Positions 1 through 11,890 of a stretch of DNA of 64,000 nt are shown here, piece after piece; positions within the stretch are counted from its first letter, which is position 1; every line of letters starts with the position of its first letter. Source of the DNA: Takakia lepidozioides (Eukaryota; Plantae; Bryophyta). The translations under genes and the position numbers were made by a program. The DNA lies in assembly GCA_030704615.1 (NCBI GenBank), contig CM060734.1:31124001-31188000 (forward strand), written 5' to 3'. The notes beneath the pieces were generated by a model that was given only the letters and a program-made list of their open reading frames with translations, was not told the origin of the DNA and ran no database searches.

Positions 1-428
1 TGTTCGTCATACATAGAAAGATCATAGATTTTACGAAATGATTATGAAATACGCAGGGACCAGACGAAATTTGTTTGGAAGACGGCCGTTCGTAACTCGT
101 TATAACTTATTGGTTAACATCAATTTTTCTTGTTCTCCAGCTTTTGGAGTTCATTGCAGATACCCACATACACGTCATGACCAAATATGACATCATTATA
201 AATTTGTTTACAGGGTGAATCACTTCTTCCCCATCACACGAGTGTAAATGTGGAAAAAAACGCTGCTCATGCAATTGAAATTGGCAAGTGCCGCACATGT
301 ACATTGTGTATTAACAAAATTGGTGATATACAAAATTGACGGAATGCTATCACTGTGTTTTCCAACAATATTCAAGGTACAACAAGAATGCACATTGTCT
401 ATGTACTACGCTGCCAGTCATTAAAAGC

Positions 429-1340
429 CTAGTCGTCACTGTCCGATGACAAGGAATGTGATGTTGTGGTCTGATTTGCACTGCCAATACGGAAAGCTTG
501 CGACCGTGATCTCGTGGTCAATGAGCGGCCCAATGACATGTGATCAATTCTGGCCTGCATCCGCCTACTTCGCGGCGAAAGTTGACTTTCTTCTTCACTC
601 TCACGACGTGACGGAGGTGGATCGACAACAAGTGCTCGGGCTACATGCAAATCGACAACGAGGCCGTCCACATTCGGCAATAGTGCCCCCGAAACACAAT
701 GATAACGGTCTGTCCATAGTCGCCTCCATTGCTCTACAACTGCCTTGATGGTATTTTTAAAACTTTCTAACTACCTCTCACGGGCCCTGTCCATAATCAT
801 TGTGTCATTTCGACGATAAGCCGCCTCGTATACCTCATTCATTTGGCGTTGACATATTATAGCATCTTCCAGTTCGGACAGCAACAAATGTCTCCCAATC
901 GGTTCTCGGTCATACAATTCGTTCTCCTCCGGCACCCATAGAATTTATGGGAGCCGGATAAACCTGGACCTTTTCTGACTCCAATGCCCTCCCAGATTGC
1001 GGAAAAACTGCTGTCTCTCCCACCAATCAGGAATGTCTCCCGCAAGTATGGTTATCTCCCAGTTAGATGTGACCCAGAAATATTGGAGATCTTTGACGTA
1101 TGTCGAATTTCCGGCATGTATGCCATGCATCTCTTTGTCTGCATCCCATACCAAGTTCTTGCCCCAATGCAAACAATTCAGAAATGTGAATGGTAGCCCA
1201 TCCAATGGGAGGTTGTGTCGATTGTATTCAAAACCTACGGGCATCCGATCCTCCAAGCCCACCAACTCATAGAAACGACAATGGATTGGTGTACGGCATT
1301 CTGGGCAAGCGTTCATCCGCAAACTCTTGGTAAGTTCCTC
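429..1340 (-). pseudogene. Degraded unknown gene, probably transposon-borne, with a RING-like CPxCR motif
   Basis: Minus-strand ORF pieces (ACPECRTPIHC..., LWVPEENELYDREPIGRHLLLSELEDA..., ...SHSLSSDSDD*) join only through frameshifts or stops. They lie downstream of a triplicated TATA-containing module. No family recognised. Confidence 0.3.
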
Positions 1341-1611
1341 TAGACTATGTCCGTGACATCACCCCCTCCTCTAGCGCCGAGTTCCTCGAGGAGCGGTAAA
1401 ATCTTGGACTTGCTTAAGATCGCGGCAAAAAATACCTCTCACCCAACCAATGGCCTCCTTCTCCACGTGACTACGTGTCGTGGAATAATGAAATGTCACG
1501 CATACAGAAGTTGTGTGGAGAGGAAATGAGGGGAGAATGAGCCTCCCTTGGCTTATACGCCCCTTCCCCCACCTCATTCCTCGGGCCACGCGCAAGGCAA
1601 ATCTTCTAGAA

Positions 1612-2800
1612 GCAACCGCCCACTTGGCGGTCGCTCTATTTTCCGAAAAATAAAATAAAAACGACCGCCAGAACTGGCGGTCGCTCCATTTTCTGAAAAT
1701 AAAATAAAGAAGCGACCGCCAGCATTGCCGGTCGCTACATTTACAGGGACATTAAGAATTAAAGCGACCGCCAGTATTGGCGGTCGCTTCATTTCGAATT
1801 TTTTTGAAATAAAATCGTCATTTATAAAACTAAAATAATTACAGCGACCGCCAGTAATGCTCCATTTTCAACAAAATTTTAATAAAAGTGACCGCCACTA
1901 ATGGCGGTCGCTGCATTTACAAAAAAAAACACATTCGAAGGTATGTACCAGGGGCTGGGCACTGGGAAAATTGGGTGTGGTTTGGAAAAAATTTGGCATC
2001 ACGAGTAAGAGGAAAATGGAGCGACCACCATTACGACGACCGCCCGTAATGGTGGTCGCTCAATTTTCCTCCAAAAAACAAAAAAACGACCGCCAGTAAT
2101 GACGGTCGCTGCATTTTTATAAATAACAATTACAGCGACCGCCAGCAATGGCGGTCGCTGCATTTTCTAAAAAAAAAACTTCAAGCGACCGCCAGTAATG
2201 GAAGTGAGGGGAAAATGACTCGGAGCTTATATGCCCCCCCGCCTCATTCCTCGCTCCACGCGCAGGGCAGACCTCGTAGAAGCGACCGCCACCTTGGCGG
2301 TCGCTCTATTTCGCAAAAAATAAAATAAAAGCGACCTCCAGTAATGGCGGTCGCTGCATTTACAACAAAAAAAAAACTTCAAGCGACCGCCGGTAATGGA
2401 AGTAAGGGGAGAATTTGTCCGAGCTTATATGCCCCCCCCCCCCCGGCGCCTCACTCCTCGCTCCATGCGCAGGGCATACCTCGTAGAAGCGACCGCCACC
2501 TTGGCGGTCGCTCCATTTAGAATCCCAAAAAAACGATCGCAAAATATGGCGATCGATCCATTTTCCAAAATTAAAAAAACAACCGACTGGCGGTTGCTGG
2601 ATTTTCAGAAAAAATAGAAATTTAAAGCGACCACCAGTATGGGCGGTCGCTCCATTTACATAAAATATATTACGAACGACCGCCAGTTCTGGCGGTCGCT
2701 GAATTTATGAAAAAATAAAAGACGACCGCTACTACATCGTGTTTGCTGCATTTACAAAGAATAAAAAATAAATGCGATCGCCAGTGATGCCGGTCGCTGC
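1612..2800. repeat. Array of about 20 palindromic GCGACCGCCA-N4-TGGCGGTCGC units with A/T-rich spacers
   Basis: Units seen at about 1612, 1661, 1711, 1763, 1887, 2086, 2134, 2281, 2330, 2488, 2626, 2676 and 2773, plus half units; spacing about 50 bp. A ~100-bp module recurs at about 1525, 2200 and 2400. Confidence 0.9.
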
Positions 2801-2911
2801 TTTAAAATAAAAATGAATGTAGAGTTTTATCAACTGTGCCGCTACAAGAAACCTCCATGGGTAGATGGTTAGCTGGAAGCGGCAGTTGTAGCGGCACAGT
2901 TGATAAAATCA

Positions 2912-3660
2912 GGCGAGCATGACATTGAACAATGGTCTGTTTGTAACAGAACTCCAACCATCGGCATATATAGTGCTTCCATATTTTCTGATGCACTCGC
3001 CCGTGTTATCGTTAAACTTTTGGGTAAGCTCGGTCATGGCGTCTTCTAGCAATCATGTGCGGAGATTATGATAAGTCGGAGGCACGTACGTGGATCTGGA
3101 CTCCGAGGTTGCTCTAACGGCAGAAACAAATGTCGGAAGCCTTGTCACATTAAATGATATGTTGGCCTCGAAGAAAAACCGCATCAATTTTTTATCCAAC
3201 TGTTTTTTCGCAGACAAGTTAAGACCTTCCTGCATGGATTGTTGTCATAATCCTCTACTCCGTTGAAGTGTAGGGGTACAAAGAGGTGTTGAAGCAGGTG
3301 TTGCTCCGGCACAATCTACTTGTCCAAGGACACCTGAAGCCTCACAAGAGTCGCCTTAGGTACTAATCGGGGCATCCTGACGGGAAGATGGAGTGTTCTG
3401 CTCAGAGGTCATGTCTAGATCTAGAGACATTGGAATATTGCCTCCACACTGGGCAAAATGGCTTTTTACCCGCATAGATGCTTTTAAGGCATAAACCCAC
3501 CCCAACGCTCTTCACACCTCCATAGCCGAGGTGAGCGAGCAACCGATCCTTACGATAAGAAAATTTTAATCCACATAGGTTGCACTCAAGACTACCAGTG
3601 GTACTGACAATGTTCTGGATTGCCGTATACCAAGGGCTCCATTCCTCCCTCATCTTCACC
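2912..3660 (-). mobile_element. hAT transposase remnant (BED zinc finger plus DUF659-type region), truncated and frameshifted
   Basis: ECNLCGLKFSYRKDRLLAHL (BED finger); FFFEANISFNV...PPTYHNLRT; KYGSTIYADGWSSVTNRPLFNV (first catalytic D, DGW motif). Stops and frameshifts lie between the blocks. Confidence 0.85.
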
Positions 3661-4040
3661 CAATATCCACTCCCATGGGCCCTAGTGATGTAAGCAATAA
3701 AAAATAGTCACCTATAAATGAACGTGTTGTGAATATAGAGTACAATGCGATAGCCCAACACTTCTACACCTGTCAGTAACCCAAGTGGGTCAATATGGGT
3801 TGTAGTGTTGAGCTTATACAAAATATGCTAAAGTGGCTTTGGTGGAAGCCACAACGGCAAAATGTGCACACCTTCCTCTTGGGCTACACTCTCGTTCGAT
3901 GGAAGAGAACATCCAAAGCAACCTCAAGTGTTTGCGCCAGAAGAAGTGAGGAGCTTGGTGACATTGCTCCCTTATATATGATCCATGAAGGATAAAAGTG
4001 AAATGAAAGTGAAATGAATAAATGACGAACCAATAGCCCC

Positions 4041-4941
4041 TGTCAAGGACGAGAACATGACTGAACACAAACAAGAGATAAGACTAGAGGTACAAAGCTA
4101 GACAAGAAGTCAAGGTCGGCGTGGCCGAATGCACGATGAGTAAATAGAAATCAAGACGATCTTTATAACAATGAACAAGAGTACAAGATATTGGAACACG
4201 ACTTGAATACTGGAATGCTGGAAACTGGACTGGAGTACCAGATACTGGAAACTGGGCTAGGGTACTGGGAACTAGAAACAAGAGTAGCTTGAACTGATGT
4301 TGGCGAGACTGAAGAGTGTCCAGTCTCGCCTCCTATATTGGAGAAAATCCAAAATCCGGCGAATGGTATTTGCCAAGTATTCGGCTCTTCGTTCTTGACT
4401 CAAATGATTTATAGGTTCCTGCAACCATCGATAGTGTCCAACACCTTGAACTTGGGACCACGCAGTGATTTGAACATTCTGATTTTCGAAACTGCCTTCA
4501 AACATGTATCTCTTTTTCTTTCAGTCGAGGAAACTTGGAAATTGTGGGCAAGTGCCAGAGACTGAGTCATAGCTGTGAGAGAGGGTGGGCCAACATTGCA
4601 TTGACATTCAGGGTGCGCATTTTCAAGGCAGTGTTCAGTGTTTGATACCTGAGCTAGACTGTGCGCAGTTAGGGAATCGTGTAGCTCATCCTTGTGTTTA
4701 TCCTTGTGTGCACAGACAAATTTATGGAGGAAGGTTGAAGCTGCATGGTATAAGATGGGTTCGGGTGTGTTGCCTCCCCTTGCACCTGCACATTTGGAGA
4801 CTCAAGCTGCATCGATTGCCAAGTGGGCACGCTCACTGGGCGCCTCAACCGAGCAAGTCGAGCGGATTGTCAGGTGTCTGAATAAGGACTATCTCTTGTG
4901 TTTGAAGAGACCTGCTCGTGTGTGTTGGTCTGGATTTCACA
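4041..4941 (-). mobile_element. Possible LTR-like sequence
   Basis: TGTCA...TCACA ends with GCCCC/GCCCT flanks (4/5 match), internal ACTGGA(A) repeats and a TATA-like motif near 4335. Boundaries uncertain. Confidence 0.25.
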
Positions 4942-7781
4942 GCCCTCTAACTTTCGTTACTTGTTTAGGCGCCATTGCGCAGAGATTTTGGGTTGGGTAG
5001 ATTGCAAGGAGGAAGGAGACCCCATTGGATTCAGCGCAGAGGTAAACGACATTTTGAGGCTCGAGGTTTGGCATGACTTCCAGGCCTCTTATGCCAGCCA
5101 CGATGTGGCTCAAACAGCTGGCCAGGGAGAGAGGTAATCGTACTGAATCCTCTTTTGATTTCAGGAGTGAGGAGATGGGCAATTTGGCCTACTCTTTGCG
5201 CAACTCTCAAAATCCTATATGTGATCCTGTTGGTCACTCCCAAACTATGGAGGACATGGGGATTTTTGGATCCACAGTGAAAAACCCAGTGGCCGAGCTG
5301 CACTTTCAGGATGTGGCATCATCCAGCAATGCCCACGAATTTGGATCATATGGCATTGTGGTAGACAAGACATGAGACATCCTGATTGGTACAGAGAATT
5401 ATACTGTCTCTTTTTTTGGTGTCTTTGGAGTTCATGTGGTGTTGTCACAGTCGGGCAGTTGCAGGGTACGGTGGACCAAAAGAGGCAGATTTTTCCTCCA
5501 TGAAAGTCCATATAGGTACCTCAAATTGAGGGAATTTATCCAAATATTTAATTTTAGATGATAGATATGATATTTAGTAAAACGTCCCACCCCAAATATG
5601 CTAAAAAAATTTTATTAGAGATTTTAGTATTTAATTCTGAAAAAATAGAAAATCATTATTTATTTCTAATAATTAGAGATTTTTGAATTTATTCCATGTA
5701 TCACTTTGCACCTCTAGATTATGGGTTTTTACACCTTTTTAGTAATGATGATATCCCAAAAGCCTCTAAATGAGGATGATGTACATTAGTCCATACCTCT
5801 CATTCCTTGATGTTTTTAATCCATACAAAAGTGCATTTGGGTAGCTTTAAAAAATGGCAGGCTCCAGTCCTTATATGGCCTTTCATTTCCTCTCTTTATT
5901 CCGTATGGGGCCCGCTTCCAAGCCTCAATGTGGAGCTGCTCCTTAACTACAACAAGAGGTCTAAATCTAGGGCCTGTTCATGCCTAGTCTTTGAGACTAT
6001 CTGGGTAGTATCCTCTGGCAGTTTTGGAAAGCTAGATGCAATTGGACTCTGGAAGGTTCTAATGCTACTGATCTACTCTTCTTACTAGGGTCTTTTTGGA
6101 CCTTACCATAGCTGCTAAGTTGGCTTGGAAAAAAGCGTCTGCAGATATCACCAAAGCTCCGGAACGCCAACAAGCAATCCTCCACAAATTCGGTTCTACC
6201 TGGGGGAGAAGGGGAATCATCTGCTCCTGCTCTGGTCCAGATGTCTGCAAGTGGCCAAGGCAGATCCCTCCTCAGTGGAGGGGCAAGCGAACCCTCCTCT
6301 TCCGCTTCCCCGGAATTTGACAAGTCAAATATTAACTGGAAGCACGTTAGGCCCTCCACGAAAACAAGGCTCTCCTACTTAAGATAGACCTGCTTCTTCC
6401 TTATCGACCTCATTGGCTTCTCAACATCTCGCATCTCCATTTCAGAGTTCAATAGTTCTTTGGTCTTTTTAGGCTAAGGTTCACATTTTAGTCTGGTGGG
6501 TGATTGCAGCCTACAGTGTCCATTTTTTGACGTAACTACGTCATTTTTCCTGTACATAGTTTGTTGGTTTTGATCTACAATCTTATATTTCTATGAAATT
6601 TATTAAAAGGGACTCACAACATTGTACCTATCTACATGTAGTATCTACCTTCTGAGACCTGCCGCCAAAACCGTTATCTCTAGAAGTAATGGATTTTATG
6701 AAAAGTCCATAAGCTTTTGTTACAGTCCATACAAAACTTGTTATGGACTCATTATATGTTAGATTTTGTAACATAATTGGATTAGGGGACTTGGCCCTCC
6801 CTTGCTATTATGATAAAGAATCTAGTGTGAGAGTTTTGTAACATTTTTACTCGTCAAACTAAATTTTATGTATTTTATCAACCTACCAATAACAGCCATT
6901 TTCATAAAGTCCTTTACAATATGAAAACCAAAACACCCCATGAACTGTCTTCATTAAATACAACCATTTATTATAGATGAAGGGTGGGCCAAGGTCAAAT
7001 TTTAAAAAACATGTACTTTTGTGATTATGGTCAAGTTTGGATTACGTCACGTGTGACACGTGACGGCATATATCCTCCATAATATCTTTCTTTTCCTCAT
7101 TTGAAATGACAGTATCCCAACAATAGACGTTCCACATGATATAATGCAAGTGAATCCATGTTTTGGTGTTTTTTCACGATTTAAAAAAAAAAAATCTTAT
7201 GTACTTTTATGTAGGCCACATCTTCAACTTTTCGGTCCACTCTTCGTTGCAACTAGCCTGGTACTCATAAACCTAGGCATTGCTCTAGGTTGATTATTCC
7301 TAAGCAGACACCTGATCGTGAATACACCCTCAGGACCTTGCTTGTTCCATTTAGCTATGTTTTTCCGTTTAGCTATGCTACTTGTCACTGTTCTCCGGAG
7401 AATCCATCACGCTTGTCGTGTGTGTGGGCCTTATGGCGGCCTTGTGCCAATTGGGGTTTTAATTTTTTCCCCCTCAAATAATCCATATTAAAACGTCTCC
7501 AGGGCCACTGTTCCCTGTTCTCTCTCAAAAAATTTAAAAAAAAAATGGCACCCCTAATGTGTTTTCGCTATTACTTAGGTGTATATGGTGTTTTTTTAGT
7601 CCATATGGTTTTTCATGTGTAACACTGCAGTCCATAAATTCAACTTTAAGAGTCCATAGCTCTTTCATAGATGATCATTTTTACAATAATTTTTTTGGAG
7701 TATGTCTCTACTGTAGTTACAAATCTTAGACCGTATAAACTTGTATGAAATATTGAGTTGTGATTTTACTATAAAAGGTAC

Positions 7782-9300
7782 CATGAGGGGAAGTAGACGA
7801 TAGTAAATCAGATTCTGATTATGACTATAATCCAGTCTAAGACGATGACCTTGTTGACATTGACAATCCTGACTTCATGGACTATTGTGTGGACACGGGG
7901 AATCCACAACGTGAGGTTGGATTATATGATTTGCTGCCCAATTGGGAGCAGTGGGGTCCTGCTGAGTTGTTTGGCATTGATGACATGTGGAACTCCTCTG
8001 CTACTAAATTGCCAGACATTACATGGTTAGGTGGGGAGTTGGGTCCTCATTTGCCTTTTAGAGATTCAGCAAATCTAGTTGATTTTTTCAATTTGTTTTG
8101 GCCACTGTCAGTCATGCGCCGAATTTGCAGCATGCCAGGACAGAAAACGTGAATGGAAACCTGAAAAGAGGTAGATGGTGGTACCCTATCACCGTCCGTG
8201 AATTGAAGGCTTGGCTTGCTGTTCACATCCACATGGGAATAAAAAAAATTCCTGACTAGATTGTATTGGAAAGCCAACAATGTCTTCTTCAATTGCCCTC
8301 CCATCATGCGCATTATGTCCCGCAACTGATGGGAGGCAATTCTGAGGTGCCTCCACCTTGTTGACAATAGGGATGTATGCACTATTGACACCGACCCTGC
8401 TTTTGATAAGTTAGGTAAAACCAGGTGGTTGCTAGATGCACTAAATGGTTTGTATGCCACGTACATGAGCCCCGAGCAGAATTTGACTGTGGATGCAAAT
8501 GGTGAAGTATAAGGGCAAGTATGCCCGAATCCAGCAATACCTGAGCAAGAAGCCCGTGAAGTGGGGTCTGAAGGTGTGGTGTTTGTGTGGTGCATCTTCT
8601 AAATATGTTCAGAAGTTAGAGGCCCGAGTGGGCTTTCCTACGTGCCTTGATTTGGGGAAGAAGGGTGAGAGAACCTGTAGGCTGGACTATCGTGTTCACA
8701 TAAGTGGCAAAGTAGCCGCTATTGCCTGGATGGATGTCAAGTTGGTGACCATGATTTTCACTGCCATTTCCCTTGTCGGTCCTGATTGCTTCATACAAAG
8801 ATGGCACAAACGGGCAAGATGTGCTGTGCCTACCTCCTCTATTGTGGTTCATTACCAGCAGCATATGCGGGGAGTGGATGTTCAGGATCAGCTGCGGGGA
8901 TCCTACTCTGTTCAGACCTGGGACCATAAATGGTGGCACCGCTTGTACTTTCATGGAGTTGACACTTCTTTGGTGAATGCTTACATATTGTACCTGGGTT
9001 TTATGAGAGGAAAGGGCCGCACTCCTCTTAGCCACATGCTTTTCAATTTGGAGGTTGCAAAGGGACTAATTGTGGAGTGGGTTCTCCCAGGAGAACAGTG
9101 ATGCCAGAGGCAGATGTGCCCAACCTGGGGTCCGTGCATTTCTCTGTAGGAGGAGGAAGTGTGTTGCTTGCAGTATGCATCAAAGGTATTTTTGTCATGC
9201 ATGTGGAGATGTTTTATGTGCCTTGGACGATGCTTTGTCAAGAGCCATAGCCTTCTATAATTATAGGTACTTCTATGTTCAGTTTTTGATATGGTTGATT
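7782..9300 (+). pseudogene. piggyBac transposase pseudogene (DDE_Tnp_1_7 / PGBD-like)
   Basis: YLSKKPVKWGLKVWCLC; YQQHMRGVDVQDQLRGSY; KWWHRLYFHGVDTSLVNAYILY; C-terminal Cys-rich RRKCVAC...FCHAC...LC. Frameshift at the first catalytic D (~8495); the DNFF second-D region is missing. Confidence 0.9.
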
Positions 9301-9759
9301 TCCTACTGCAGAAACGTGGAGACCTTTGATGCCAAAGAGGAGGTATCCTCCTTATGACACTTTTTCTACGTAGTGGTGTTCCGTCTTTTTTTGAACACAG
9401 TGGTGTGTTTGGGGGTTGGTTTGTTGTTGGTAGCCATGAAACGTTTGTACTGAGGATCCAGCCGTAGAGAGTCACTTGACAGTCCAAGGAGAGGTATGAT
9501 TTTGTGGTTGTGCAGTTTTGGGGTTCACTGGGTCCTAACCTGGATGGTTTGTTTGCTACTCCAGCTTTTTGCCTTAGTGTCCATGTAGATTGAAGGTACG
9601 TTTTCTTTGCTGCAGCAATTTTGTGTTTCAATTAGGACTGAGTCTATTTTCTTTGTGTCTAGTGTAATTAGGTGGTAGTCCCCCAGTCAAGCGGGAGTGT
9701 GCACAAGGGTGGAGACTCCTTCCCTCCCTACTAGGGAGGAGTCTCCCCCCTCGTGTTCA

Positions 9760-10441
9760 TGTGTGAGTTGCCAATTGGGGCAAGTTAGTGGGTTCAACTC
9801 CCTCTCACACAATTCGGCGTGTAAATGTGGGTTCATCTCTGGTTTTTCTGAGTCTGAAAAGATGCTAGTGCTGGTCACATGTTGGTCTTTCTTTGTGTGA
9901 GTTGCCAGTTGGGGCAGGCCACTGGGTTCAATTCCCACTCACACAATGGAATTCTCTGTGTTCAGGTTTGTATGCTGTCTCATTGTGTTGGAATTTTGCT
10001 GGCCTTCAAGCTTGTGTGGCTGCCTCATCGTCTCTGAATTTTGGGAGTGTGCAGGTTGTGTGGAACTTGGCCAAAAGCCTTCAGCATAGGCTGCCAGTTG
10101 GGGCAGCTCCATGGGTTCAAATCCCACCCATGCTTAGCTACTAAGGGTGGGTGATGAAGGTTTGTATGCTGCCCCATTGTCTCTGAATTTTGCTGGCCTT
10201 CAAGCTTGTGTGGAACTTGGCCACAAGCATTCAGCATGTGCTACCAGTTGGGGCAGCTCCGTGGGTTCAAATCCCACCCATGCTTGGCCACTAACTTCTA
10301 AGGATGGGTGATGAAGATTTGTATGCTGCCCCACTGTCTCTAAATTTTGCTGGCCTTCAAGCTTGTGTGGAACTTGGTCATAAGCATTCAGCATGGGCTG
10401 CCAGCTGGGGCAGCTCTGTGGGTTCAAATCCCACCCATGGG
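9760..10441 (+). ncRNA. Tandem array of five 52-nt tRNA-like elements lacking an anticodon arm (putative)
   Basis: Units at 9760-9811, 9894-9945, 10083-10134, 10233-10284 and 10390-10441. Each has a 7-bp acceptor-like stem, a D-like arm with an AGTTGG-type loop, a 3-nt linker and a T arm (consensus GTGGG-TTCAAAT-CCCAC). Expression is not shown. Confidence 0.6.
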
Positions 10442-11030
10442 TGGGAGATGAAGGAGTTGGTTGCTGTGCTTGATTCTGGCTTTTGCCTTCATGTTGTTGG
10501 ACTCCATTTTGTGTGCCTTAGGCTTGTGTGGAACTTGGCCAAAAGAATGAGAGCAGATGGTGGAAGCTGCTGTGCACATGAATGGCACTACTAGGCCGTC
10601 CTTCTGCTTCAGCAAAACTGCTGCTGCCTATGCAATTTGACCCCCCTTACTTTGACCAGCTGTAAATCAAAAAATATGAATCCAATTTCTGCATTCTATG
10701 GCTCATCAGAATGCCAATGTGCTGGACAACACCTATGAGCAGGATGAGATCCTGCAGATTTCACCCCGTCATTGAAAATTGCAATCAAATTTCCCTTATT
10801 GTTTAGGGAGGGGGCCCAAAAAATGGGCTCCACACTCAACGGTGGTGTTTCTCTGATTTTTGCCTGATTGGCCTGGAAATGTACTGGTGTTTGCAAGGGG
10901 TAGGTACGAGAATAATGTCTTGTCAATTTTCCCAAAAACTTTTTTTTCGCTGAGATATGCTCATTTTTCTAAGCTGGGGTCCATTTTTTTTCAAAAACTC
11001 AACATTGGGCACTGGGCGCTTAAGGGTTAA

Positions 11031-11309
11031 GCATCGGCTCGGCCACCTACTAACCGACCCAAAAGACATAAACAATGAGATATGGATCCAAGCGTCATCA
11101 TCCTACACACCCGCTGTTGCAAACTGCCTACATCGCAACCAACACAATACCAACCGCATGTGCCAAGTTAAATACTACCCATGGCATGATATAGACGGCT
11201 TCTCATTGGATAAACGTGGCTCCCCAACAAACTGTATTCTTGACCTATTCACAACTCACGTCTATGAATCCTGCCTTAGAGCTCTCTCTAATTCTAAAGC
11301 CCCGGGCCC
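11031..11309 (+). mobile_element. Non-LTR retrotransposon fragment (region just before the RT domain)
   Basis: ...YESCLRALSNSKAPGP matches the KAPGPD motif preceding LINE RT; cut off at the (GA)n run. Confidence 0.6.
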
Positions 11310-11800
11310 AGAGAGAGAGAGAAGACTCCGGCCAAAGCCGGCGTAACTAAGAGCCAGTTCGCCTCACGGCTACTGCTCCCTTTCGGGGTGGGCCCTCTCT
11401 AAAAAGGTGTCCATAGGACACTAGGAGCCTAGAGGAGCATTTTAGATCCAGTGGCACAAGTGACATTTTCCAATGTTCAGGAGGAATTCAAAGTGATTAA
11501 TATGTTTCTAGAACAACAAGCCAAGGTACCGTGGGTACCTGGGGTACCTAGGATACCCTAGGTACCCCGGGAGCCAGAGAAGGGTCAGATTCGAGTTTAC
11601 GTTTGTTAGTAATAATGGCTGTGAGGGAGCGTAGGGCAGTGAGGTGTATTGCTTTGAAACATTTATGAATGGAGAAGATAGTGAGTTTAAAGTTGGTGTG
11701 TAGTGCATCAATACTGGCGTTATGAATGCTGCCTCTAGTGCCAGCCGTGATAACCGTCAAAGGACCAGTGACCCAGCCCTTATGTCGAAGCGCAAGGATA
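11310..11800 (-). mobile_element. 5'-truncated LINE 3' end with (TC)n tail
   Basis: C-terminal ORF piece TVITAGTRGSIH...IHLTALRSLTAIITNKRKLE, stop at 11548, then a 3' UTR and (TC)n at 11310-11321. Confidence 0.5.
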
Positions 11801-11890
11801 AGTGACGCATATTTTAGCCGTTTGTCTAACGTTGAGTCAGCGGGGTATCGATCATGGCAGTTGTGAACTCAATAAAGTGGATGGTAAGGT

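Larger units (their letters stand above)
5500..11026 (+). mobile_element. piggyBac-superfamily DNA transposon, defective; right end present, left end not found
   Basis: Contains the transposase remnant. The right terminus GGGCGCTTAAGGG is followed by TTAA at 11027-11030. An AGTCCATA motif recurs from 5500 to 7660; the left boundary is approximate. Confidence 0.75.

Noticed and set aside
1612-2800. CRISPR array
   Set aside because: Eukaryotic context, no cas genes, degenerate repeats, and low-complexity A/T spacers of uneven length.
3797-3807. CACTA right TIR (GTTGTAGTG)
   Set aside because: No subterminal repeats, and it lies upstream of the CACTA left ends, so it cannot pair with them.
8981-9631. 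216-aa minus-strand ORF
   Set aside because: Antisense to the piggyBac transposase end; no recognisable motifs.
10151-10190. Box C/D snoRNA in the spacer (GTGATGA...CTGA), suggesting a tRNA-snoRNA dicistron
   Set aside because: The boxes are under 30 nt apart, there is no terminal stem, and the D box is mutated in the next copy.
9760-10441. Genuine tRNA genes
   Set aside because: No anticodon arm, no T8, and only 52 nt long; they cannot decode.
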